A stretch of DNA of 64,000 nucleotides from an uncultured Desulfobacteraceae bacterium. Lineage in GTDB: Bacteria; Desulfobacterota; Desulfobacteria; Desulfobacterales; UBA5852. Each line of letters opens with the position of its first letter. The first letter of the stretch is position 1. The notes below the pieces were generated by a model, which was not told the origin of the DNA, did no database searches, and saw only the letters and a list, made by a program, of their open reading frames with translations. Shown piece by piece: positions 19,782 through 28,825 of this stretch. The position numbers and the translations under genes are program-made. Location of the stretch: positions 194,605 through 258,604 of the forward strand of contig CALNZV010000007.1 in the NCBI GenBank assembly GCA_942491115.1, written 5' to 3'.

Positions 19782-20715
19782 ATGCTCATTCAGGTTCCCT
19801 TCAGATCATCAACCAGGGTGTTAAGGCTTGGGGTAAGTGGAGATCAATGAATCGATCTTTGGTTCCGAATCTTAGGGGCGCAGACCTAAGCCATCAAAAC
19901 CTATGTGGAGTTGACTTTAGTAGAGCAGATCTCAACGTTGCCAATCTCAGGAATACAATGCTCTGCAAGGCTGATCTAAGTGGAGCAAACCTTTCTGAAG
20001 TAGACCTAAGCGGGGCAGATCTTAGTGGTGCAAAGCTCTTTGGACTAATTTTACAGAGGCTAATTTGAGCGGTGCAAATTTATCTAACGCATCCATCAAT
20101 TCCGCCTCCTTCGCAAAGGTGAATCTTTGCGATGTTGATGGATTAGATACCATCTATCACAGAGGGCCCTCTTCACTCGGTATAGACACGCTCATCAAGT
20201 CCAAAGGCAAAATACCAGAATTATTCCTCCGTGGATGCGGTGTTCCAGAATCAATAATCCAATACATTCCAACTATGATTGGCAGCGCGATCGAGTTTAT
20301 ACATGCTTCATAAGCTACTCCCATATAGACAATCCTTTGCCAAACGCCTACACGATACTCTTCAAGGAAGGGGTATCAGATGCTGGCTTGACGATCACCA
20401 GATGCTCCCTGGTGACGATATTTATGCGCAAGTAGACCGTGGTATCCGCCTCTGGGACAAAGTCCTTCTCTGTTGTTCTGAGCACTCTCTTAAAAGCTGG
20501 TGGGTGGACAACGAGATCGATATTGTTTGAAAAGAGCGCCGGTTGATGACGGATGAGGTAAGAAGTATTGTCTCTGATTCTTTGACCTTGACGGATACTT
20601 TTTAGTGACGCCTGGGAAGCGGCAACAGCAATAATCGCTGCTGCTGATTTACTGGATGGGAATCAGACAATGCAAGTTCGAGGCGGAGGTCGAGAAAGTT
20701 GTGAAGCGCTGAGGG
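19782..20715 (+). pseudogene. Pentapeptide-repeat / TIR-domain fusion protein, several frameshifts
   Basis: RBS GGAGG plus the ATG at 19782. INQGVKAWGKWR, then A(D/N)LSGA pentapeptide repeats, then TIR (CFISYSH...GIRCWLDDHQMLPGDDI...KVLLCCSEHSLKSWWVDNEI...FEAEVEKVVKAL). These are read across at least 4 frames. Confidence 0.7.
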
Positions 20716-20799
20716 CTGATACGGGGGTGAGGTGCCGGAGCGAACTTATCATTACCAAGGAGGTTGTGGCTACCAAGACCATATTACAGCCTGATCATG

Positions 20800-21686
20800 G
20801 TAATTTGGATGAGTGAGAGAATCCTGATGTGATTCAGATTTTAGGATGAAAACTCCAGAAAAAGTATCTTAGAAGGTGGATTTAGCGGGGCAGATCTAGT
20901 GGAGCGAATTAAGAAAACAAGACTTGTGGAGCGATTTTGCGGTGCAGACCTTGAGGACAACTCGGAAGCTTTTCCTGTATGCAAACTGAGGGAGCTAACT
21001 CAGGAGATCTATCTTTCGAAGCGAGCTTCATATGCGATTTTATACGGCGCTATCTCAGAGGGCATGCATTAGCGGATTTCAGAGCGGACCTCAGTGGGGC
21101 AGATCTTAAGCCTAAAGCTCGGGGCGAATTTATAACTGTGATGTTATGGTATTTTGTTGGGGTGTATACTCGAAGGCATCAAGGAGCAAAAAAACCTCAG
21201 AGTAACCCCTCCAAATGACCGGCGGTCTACATCGATAACCTCGAAGTCGCCCAGTTCGTTTACCTCCTCCTCAACAACGATAAGATTCGCAGTGTCATAG
21301 ACACCATTGGAGAAAAGGGTGTCCTCATCCTCGGGCGTTTCACGCCCGAGCGCAAAGCTGTCCTTGATGCCATACGGGACAAACTGCGAGAATTTGGGTT
21401 TGTCCCGATGATGTTCGACTTCGATCCATCTGACAAACGAGACTTCACTGAAACGATACGGATTCTCGCAGGAATGAGCAGATTTATCATTGCTGACATC
21501 AGTGAACCGAAGTGCATTCCCTTGGAGCTACAGGCAATTGTTCCTGACTATGCCATCCCTTTGGTACCGATTTTCCACGTCCAGCAAGAGCAAGAAGCCA
21601 AAAAGCCTTTCGCTATGATCAAAGACCTTCAAAAGCATGATTGGGTCTTCGATGTACTTGAGTATGAACATCGGGTATCCTCCTGA
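20800..21686 (+). pseudogene. Second pentapeptide-repeat protein remnant with a conserved-looking C-terminal alpha/beta domain
   Basis: Degenerate repeats (GADL.., ADLSGADL) in 20860-21216. Open frame 21219-21686 without a start: VLILGRFTPERKAVLDAIRDKLREFGFVPMMFDFDPSDKRDFTETIRILAGMSRFIIADISEPKCIPLELQAIVP. Domain family not identified. Confidence 0.4.
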
Positions 21687-21798
21687 TTCGTTTGAAGAGG
21701 AATCGTAACCCAGCTAGGATATGGCTGACAGCTTGTTGCTTCAAAAGGTGGAAGGTATACGAAAAAGACGACTTGGGGAAGGTAAATAAGGAACTTAT

Positions 21799-22779
21799 AT
21801 GACCTTTCAATCCCTGCTCGACTTCGTCGAGCGCAAGATGACCCTGTCCCACATTTATCAGCCCCTGATGCTCCGCATCTTGATCGAAGCTGGTGGGACC
21901 GCTACGATTAGACAACTTGCTCACGGATTCCTTGATCACGATGAAAGCCAACTCCAGTATTACGAGGATCGCATCAAAAAGATGCCCCTGCCGGTACTCA
22001 AACGGCGGGGAATAGTCTCTCGAGACGGTGACCTCGTCACCCTGAACTGCAAGAAACTGACTTTCGAGCAGAAGGCGCAGGTTCTGATGCTCTACGAACA
22101 GCGTATGCGTGAGTTCATCATGAAGCGGGGTATCGACCTGTGGGGTTACAGGCTCCTCGATACCGATCCTATCCCCGGTAGCCTTCGGTATCAGGTTATC
22201 AAAGAGTCGGATGGCAGGTGTGCGCTTTGCGGAGCCACCAAGAAAGAGCGCCCTCTGGACGTGGACCACATCATCCCTCGTTCAAAGGGCAGTAAAACCG
22301 AGTATGAGAACCTTCAGGTGCTATGCTCCAAGTGCAACCAGGAAAAAGGCAACAATGACGATACCGACTTCCGAAACGATGACCAACCCGAATCCATGCC
22401 AGACTGCACGTTTTGCTATAAGAACATCAAGTCCCGCATCATCAAGGGCACTGATAACGGTACCGTATTCGCCATCAAGGATGCCTATCCGGTTACCGAG
22501 GGACACACCCTCGTGATCCCCAAGAGGCACGTTGCCGAGTATTTCGACCTCTCGGATGCCGAAAGGCGTGATGCCGATAGCCTCCTGAAGTACCTGAAGC
22601 AGAAAATGACCAAGACAGATCCCAGTATCACCGGATACAACATTGGAGTGAATTGCGGGGAGTCGGCAGGGCAGACCATATTCCACCTGCACTATCACCT
22701 GATTCCCCGGAGGGATGGGGACACCGAGAACCCCAGGGGTGGGGTCCGAGGGGTGATGCCGGGGAAACGAAGCTACTGA
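21799..22779 (+). CDS. wHTH-like N-terminal domain + HNH endonuclease + HIT (histidine triad) fusion protein
   Basis: HNH: CALCGATKKERPLDVDHIIPRSKG...NLQVLCSKCNQEKGN. HIT: AYPVTEGHTLVIPKRH...GQTIFHLHYHLIPR. Intact 326-aa ORF in a region where nearly every neighbour is disrupted. Confidence 0.85.
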   Translation: MTFQSLLDFVERKMTLSHIYQPLMLRILIEAGGTATIRQLAHGFLDHDESQLQYYEDRIKKMPLPVLKRRGIVSRDGDLVTLNCKKLTFEQKAQVLMLYEQRMREFIMKRGIDLWGYRLLDTDPIPGSLRYQVIKESDGRCALCGATKKERPLDVDHIIPRSKGSKTEYENLQVLCSKCNQEKGNNDDTDFRNDDQPESMPDCTFCYKNIKSRIIKGTDNGTVFAIKDAYPVTEGHTLVIPKRHVAEYFDLSDAERRDADSLLKYLKQKMTKTDPSITGYNIGVNCGESAGQTIFHLHYHLIPRRDGDTENPRGGVRGVMPGKRSY

Positions 22780-22796
22780 ACCAACGGGAACCAACC

Positions 22797-24218
22797 ATGG
22801 CTGACGTATTCATCAGCTACGCGCGCGAGGATCTCGAACGGGTTCGACCCATCGTAGGTGCCATTGAGGACGCTGGATGGTCTGTTTTTTGGGACAGAAA
22901 ACCCCTGCGGGTAAGACATGGCGGCAATATATTGGAAAAGCGCTCGATGAGGCTAAATGTGTCATCGTTGTGTGGTCAAAATCATCGATAGAGTCTGACT
23001 GGGTAATGGAGGAGGCGGATGATGGTCGTCAGCGAAGGATACTGATCCCGGTTACGATTGAAGATGTGGTTCCTCCGCTTGGTTTCCGGTCAATACAACA
23101 CGAGAACTTGAGTGACTGGACAGGAAACCCGGAACACCGGAGGGCAAAAAGCCTGCTGCAATCAATCGAAGGGATCGCTGGGAAATCCCCTCAGGGAAAA
23201 TCGCCGGTTGAGACAGTTCAAAAAGAAACCACCGCAGAACCCTCCACCGAAACCGGCCTCCAAAGACAAAAAATCTGCCCCGAAGCGCAAGACCCGTTTC
23301 TTCTTCAAATTGGGACCGATGGTTGTCTCACTTACGGTCGCTGCCGTCGCCCTAACTGTCGGTTATATCTGGTTCGGTGACAAAGAGACCAGCATTGCCC
23401 CTTCAACTCGCCCGCTTCGCAAGAAAAGTTATCTGGCGATGTCAGTGACGGTGTTGGACTTGAGGCGAAAACCAAGGGTAAACCTTTCGAAGAGCTAAGC
23501 GAGGAAGATCCAAAAACACCCAGCGAACTCCCAAAATCCCTTACCAACAGCATTGGGATGACATTTGTAGTGGTTCCTGCGGAACATTAGTGATGGGTAG
23601 TGATGAATGAGACGGAGCAGCCGGTTACAGGTCACCATCCGGAACCTTTTTACATCCAGACTACGGAGGTGACTCAAGGGCAGTGGGCGGCGGTCATGGG
23701 GGAGAATCCCTCGCATTTCAAAGATTGAGGTGACGACTGCCCAGTTGAAAATGTGAGTTGGGATGGTGTCAAGGCGTTTATGCAAAACTCACGCATGGAG
23801 GACGGGGATACCGCCTTCCCACCGAGGCTGAATGGGAATATGCGGCCCGAAGTGGCGGCAAGGATCAGACTTATGCCGGCGGCGAGAACTTGGACGAACT
23901 GGGATGGTACCTCGAAAACAGCAATGGCCAAACCCACCCGGTGGGGCAAAAGAAACCCAACGGCCTGGGGATCTACGACATGAGCGGCAACGTGTGGGAA
24001 TGGGTGGAAGACGATTGGCATATAAATTACGAGGGTGCCCCGGAGGACGGTCGTGCCTGGTCGACAAACCCAGGGGCGCCGACCGGGTGATCCGCGGCGG
24101 CAGCTGGGGCGTCAGTGCCGGGGTCGGCCGCGCGACGACGCGCGGCAGCGGGACCGACATTCTTCGCGTCAGCGGTCTGGGCTTTCGTCTCTCCAGGTCC
24201 GTTACCCTTGGCCCTTGA
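22797..24218 (+). pseudogene. TIR - transmembrane - FGE/SUMF1 (formylglycine-generating-enzyme-like) fusion protein, multiply disrupted
   Basis: MADVFISYAREDL...WSVFWDRK / PAGKTWRQYIGKALDEAKCVIVVWS (TIR). TM helix LGPMVVSLTVAAVALTVGYIWF. FGE: LTNSIGMTF..VTQGQWAAVMGENPSHFKD[15 protein letters not shown]...[15 protein letters not shown]...[11 protein letters not shown]...RVIRGGSW. At least 5 frameshifts or stops. Confidence 0.8.
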
Positions 24219-24646
24219 GCCCTTGGACCCTTGGCAGGGGTTTGCCCGCGAAGCGCGATGAGAAAGCGAATAGCTGGCGTAGCGCCAGCCGCCAAGAGGG
24301 GGAATGGGGACGCTCTCAACAGTTACAAATTTATTGAGGGATAAGGCTACGCTTCTTATCCAATACGACCGTCTCTCCCCTGCTAACCGATTGGCTGACG
24401 GCCGTTGGTGACATACTCAATGGTTGAGATAAAAAGACCATGGTCATCCCGAATTCCCGGACCGCCCAGCAGCAAAGAAGACGTCTCGCGCGAACCGTCT
24501 GGCGATTTTAGAACAGATAGCTCCAGCCACGATGCCGACGGTAGAAGCTCACCGACGCAACCGGTAGGCAAACGCCGCATAGCGCTGCCCAGCGGCACCG
24601 ATCCGGTTTTCAGCAATAGGTGAACTCAAGAATCGTCGAGTCGTCG

Positions 24647-24742
24647 TTAATAAGGATTGGCCTTTTTGACGATCCGACCCTCTGAGTCAACCGTCGTAAG
24701 AAAAGATGTTTTCCGATGCAGATCGTTGCCTGAATAATACAT
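24647..24742 (-). pseudogene. N-terminal fragment of a second IS110-family transposase
   Basis: RBS AAGGAGG then MYYSGNDLHRKTSFLTTVDSEGRIVKKANPY-stop, matching the usual IS110 N-terminus (M.Y.G.DLHKK.S...D..G.IV). The downstream sequence is not recognisable. Confidence 0.5.
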
Positions 24743-25246
24743 TTGGCTACCTCCTTTGGGGTTGTGATTGGACTCACACCCTATCTTAGCAAATGCGCTA
24801 AGGGGAGGTGGCTTTTTCATATGATCAGCTTCCGGATATGTCACGTGTTGGCGTCGTTCATAGGTCTGGCATTCAAGGGGGGACGACTTGGGGGGATATT
24901 TTGGGGGTTTTTGCCATTCCGCGGGGGGACAAACCGCTCCCGGGGCTCTGCTACCGAAAAAGGCGCTAAACACTAAATATCATATATCATTTTGACTTTT
25001 AGAAAAAATTATCATGACATATTCGGGCAAACCCTTTCCCCTTCTCATCACCAATCCTGACCCACACACGACCTTTCTTATAACATCTAAAGTTTTTTAG
25101 CACCTGACACGATAATTATGCAGGCCGACCATAGATCCAAATCCCTCGATTCGATAGGCAACAGAAGACCCGCCGGGAAAGAACATCTTGGATGATGGCA
25201 TCGTTGTTCACTCAAACGCCGAATGGCGTCCTTCAACGCCTAATCA

Positions 25247-26659
25247 ATGACCATAAAAAGTAAAATAACCTCCTGGTCGACTCGCCTTGTGGTGGGCTAT
25301 TCCGTGGAGAGCGATGACCCCAATTATCGCCGCAGAATAATCATGCTCAATGTGATTACGTATATTGCCATCGCCAGCCTCATACCTTTAGGCGTCACAG
25401 CCCACACTTATGGGAACACTGTTCTCGGCCATCTTGACCACCTCATGGCTGGAGTGCTGATTGGGTTGCTGGTGCATCTTCATTTCAGCAGGCAGTACTA
25501 TTTTGCAGTGAGCGTCGGCAGCTTTTTGATGGGACTGTTTTTTATCTATTTATTTGTAACGGGTGGGCAAGACAATTCGGGGCATCTGTGGCTCTATACC
25601 TTTCCACTGTTTGTCAATTTTCTTTTAGGGGCTCGGAAAGGACTCATCTCCAGTTTTATTCTTCTCATTATCTGTGCGGTATATTTGTTTGCTCATCCCC
25701 AATGGTCATCAAAGCTGCAAGCATATCCTGATAGCTTCACATACCGCTTTATTGTGTCTTATCTCCTCGTCCTTATCTATTCATTTGTCTTTGAACAGCT
25801 GCGAGAAAGGAGTTTTAGTCAGTCATTGCAGAGGACCCAGGAGTTGGAAAAAGCCAGCCGGGCCAAGAGTGAATTTCTGTCGACCATGAGCCACGAGTTG
25901 CGCACACCACTCAATCACATCATCGGATTCACGGAACTTGTGATGGACCAGCATTTCGGGACATTGAATGAGACCCAGTCCGAATATCTCAACGATGTAC
26001 TGTCGAGCAGCAAGCATTTGCTGTCTCTGATCAACGATATCCTGGATTTATCTAAAATTGAGGCCGGAAAGATGGAACTCAGTATGAATCCCATCAATCT
26101 CTCGGATTTGCTGAATCGGTCTCTGCAAATGATCAAAGAGGAGGCCGAAAAAAAGCGCATAAGGATTGAGTCACAACTGGAGAATCTTCCCGATCCATTC
26201 ATGGCCGACCAAAGAAAGGTAAAACAAATACTCTACAATCTGCTATCGAACGCATTGAAATTCACACCGGAAGAGGGAAAAATTACGCTTTCGACCACGT
26301 CCCATCGGAGCATGGTGGCCAACGCTTCTGAGCCATTGATGGCTAATAGGCCTCGTGTCGCCGGACAGGCCAAGAACGACGGTGCTGAAAATTGGATCCA
26401 GGCGGTGGAAATCATTGTATCCGACACCGGTGTCGGGCTAGAAAATGAGGATACGGAACGCATTTTCGAGAAATTCGAGCAGATTGACGGCACTTATAGC
26501 CGAAATTTTCAGGGAACAGGTTTAGGATTGGCATTGACGCGCAATCTCGTCAATCTCCATGGCGGCAGCATTTGGGCAAGAAGCAACGGCGTCGGCACGG
26601 GTTCCAGCTTCCATGTCCTTTTACCAAGCAAGCCGATCCGATGTGAGGGGATTTCATAG
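25247..26659 (+). CDS. Membrane sensor histidine kinase (multi-TM N-terminus, HisKA, HATPase_c)
   Basis: About 5-6 hydrophobic helices, H box SEFLSTMSHELRTPLN, N box LLSNALKFTP, G2 GTGLGLALTRNL. No response regulator adjacent. Visibly AT-richer than the core genes. Confidence 0.9.
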   Translation: MTIKSKITSWSTRLVVGYSVESDDPNYRRRIIMLNVITYIAIASLIPLGVTAHTYGNTVLGHLDHLMAGVLIGLLVHLHFSRQYYFAVSVGSFLMGLFFIYLFVTGGQDNSGHLWLYTFPLFVNFLLGARKGLISSFILLIICAVYLFAHPQWSSKLQAYPDSFTYRFIVSYLLVLIYSFVFEQLRERSFSQSLQRTQELEKASRAKSEFLSTMSHELRTPLNHIIGFTELVMDQHFGTLNETQSEYLNDVLSSSKHLLSLINDILDLSKIEAGKMELSMNPINLSDLLNRSLQMIKEEAEKKRIRIESQLENLPDPFMADQRKVKQILYNLLSNALKFTPEEGKITLSTTSHRSMVANASEPLMANRPRVAGQAKNDGAENWIQAVEIIVSDTGVGLENEDTERIFEKFEQIDGTYSRNFQGTGLGLALTRNLVNLHGGSIWARSNGVGTGSSFHVLLPSKPIRCEGIS

Positions 26660-26984
26660 CGGCCCTTAACCGATCAATGCCAAATCAGCGCAGCCCCTTC
26701 TTTCTCGACAATCCCAGCGCCCCGCGTAACCGACGTCCAAACCGCTGGGGGGACGGCGGCAAGGGAGGAGAAATAGGAGATGGAGGGGCGGTGATGCTTT
26801 TAATGACATATCCGCACGCCCGGGGCGTCTAGGGCGCATCGATCGGCCCCGATCGTCACCCAGCATCAGGGCCTCCCGGGGGGTGGTCCCGGCTCCGCCG
26901 CTGGTTCCAGACGATGACAACTTGATTTGGCGCCGCCGACCTGTCTTTATACCCATCCGAAAAAGGCCAAGCCTCCATCGGCCA

Positions 26985-27953
26985 TTATTGAAGTATCCTG
27001 AACTCCCTGAACCATCTTTGCAGGCTTTCATGGTAAAAATGCTTGGCATAGGCGGGCCCATTGTAGAACCGGGCCATGGCTTCAAAATCCGACATGACCG
27101 GATCCGCCTGTTCCACCACGGCCCGTTTGCCGGCAATGAATCGGGCAACAAAAAGGACCTGCTCCTCCGTTGAGCTATAGAGCATGGCCTCCGCCGTGGG
27201 GGCCCCCACCCGGCGGTGGTTGAATCCCATGATCTGCCCCAGACCGATGCTCATCGACTGAACACGCAGCTCGGAGAAGGATGCGCCGGGGCTGGCGGTG
27301 TTCAGCTTCGACAGCTTATGCTGTTCGAAACGCGGTCTGGCGATTCCGGAGGTTTCCTGTTTGATGATGGCCAACACCCACTCCGGCCGGATCGACACCT
27401 CTTTTTCCCTCCCGATGGTCTCGACGGCCAAATGGACCGCTGCGCCATAGCGATCGAGAATGTCCCGGCAGTTTAGCCCGCGTCCCCGGTGAAGGCTGTT
27501 CAGGTGAAAAAGCGCATCATCAAAATTGCCGAAGGGGATTCGGTTCCTCGCCATAGCGCTCACGGCAACCTCGATCATCCTCTCGAGGGTGGGCAGGTCG
27601 AGGGTTACATCGGGAACCGCCGTAATCCTGCTGCGGGCGTTTTGAAACGAACAGGGATAGCAAAGCGCGTCGCGGGTCGCCCTGGATCCCAACCCATTTT
27701 CAAGTTGAAACTGCGCGATGCCGCGGTTGGTGCCTCTGCCGAAATCCCCGTCAATCAAAAACGCCCCCGACGATGCGGTCGAATATCCGAGGAAGACCAG
27801 CAGCCGTTGGACCGCTTTGATAGCCGATTCACCCGCGGATTGGCGCGTCAATGAAACATCCCCCCGTTCAAGTCTCTCCAGGTCGTGCCGCCATTTGTCT
27901 TCATCGGTATGGACGGAAAGTATCTGTTGAATGCGTTGATCATTTAATTCCAT
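26985..27953 (-). CDS. Peptidoglycan-binding domain + N-acetylmuramidase-family (DUF3380-like) cell-wall hydrolase
   Basis: PG_binding_1-like AIKAVQRLLVFLGYS...DGDFGRGTNRGIAQFQ. C-terminal WVLAIIKQETSG...SIGLGQIMGFNH...FARFYNGPAY. Start set at MELNDQ (27953). No signal peptide seen. Confidence 0.75.
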   Translation of the reverse strand: MELNDQRIQQILSVHTDEDKWRHDLERLERGDVSLTRQSAGESAIKAVQRLLVFLGYSTASSGAFLIDGDFGRGTNRGIAQFQLENGLGSRATRDALCYPCSFQNARSRITAVPDVTLDLPTLERMIEVAVSAMARNRIPFGNFDDALFHLNSLHRGRGLNCRDILDRYGAAVHLAVETIGREKEVSIRPEWVLAIIKQETSGIARPRFEQHKLSKLNTASPGASFSELRVQSMSIGLGQIMGFNHRRVGAPTAEAMLYSSTEEQVLFVARFIAGKRAVVEQADPVMSDFEAMARFYNGPAYAKHFYHESLQRWFREFRILQ

Positions 27954-28039
27954 GGTTGTCCTCTTTTCCGGTTCCTGTGGTATTTCCCAACCCGGCTGGC
28001 CCCCTGCCTTACGCCGGCATCGATCAGCCCTCAACCCGA

Positions 28040-28330
28040 TGGCTTTTTAATGGGCGCGTTGAACGTCTTCTGCCATCGGATGGCGCATCCGCCCGTGATC
28101 AAAACGGTTTGACCGTCAATCGTCTAAAGAACCAGATCACTGGCGCCGATTCTTCTGGCTGGATGAACCGCTGCAGCCCCGCATCCCCATCGCGGTATTT
28201 GGCTTCCAATGATACCATTATTTTACTGATCATGGGCGACGTCAAAATCCCGGGCATGTCGATCCATTCCCTTTGATTTTGATCCGGTTTTGGTTTTTCC
28301 GATACGCGGTTATGTAGAATCCACCAGTTG
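28040..28330 (-). pseudogene. Possible short-chain dehydrogenase (SDR) C-terminal remnant
   Basis: Minus-strand frames give IDMPGILTSPM...LQRFIQPEESAPVIWF and, shifted, SDL..IDGQTVLITGGCAI, resembling the SDR C-terminus. Broken by a stop and a frameshift. Confidence 0.3.
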
Positions 28331-28825
28331 GGGTTCTATGCGGCCCATGGGTATCGGTTCTGCTGCCAACCAAAACTCGCCACAAAGGCCGTGTAAAGAC
28401 GGTCGCTGACGGACTTTATAGCAGAACATATTGGCTGACAGGCAAAATCGAGGAATCTGAAACCCTCAGGTGGCAACCGTCTCAACGCGGCCTAAATGGC
28501 TCAGACAGCCGCCCGGCATCCGATCCGACACCCATTGGCCTTTCGATTTGGGCCATCTGGAGCGTTATCGATAACCGCATTCCGATATAATAAAATAACG
28601 ATGAGCCCTTTTCCGTCACAATCAAAAAACACCGGTCTCATCAGCAGTCTTTCATCGACTGACTGACATTGGTATTGGAACATTTTGGGAATTGTCATTC
28701 ACCAAATGAAAAAAGGCAGGGAATTCATCCCTACCTTCTTCGGTATTGAATCAAATCAATTTTGTTCAAGAATTTGGGCTTCCCAGTCACCGTTTAGCCC
28801 ATCAATCCAAAAGATATCGCCCCGG

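Noticed and set aside
24368-24392. Possible attR: CTCCCCTGCTAACC resembles the tRNA 3' end CCCCCGCTACCA
   Set aside because: Only about 10 of 13 positions match, with an indel. That is too short and weak to call a direct repeat of the tRNA end.
26985-28034. Prophage call based on the muramidase
   Set aside because: It is a single lysin-like gene with no holin, capsid, tail, terminase or integrase genes nearby. That is insufficient for a prophage.
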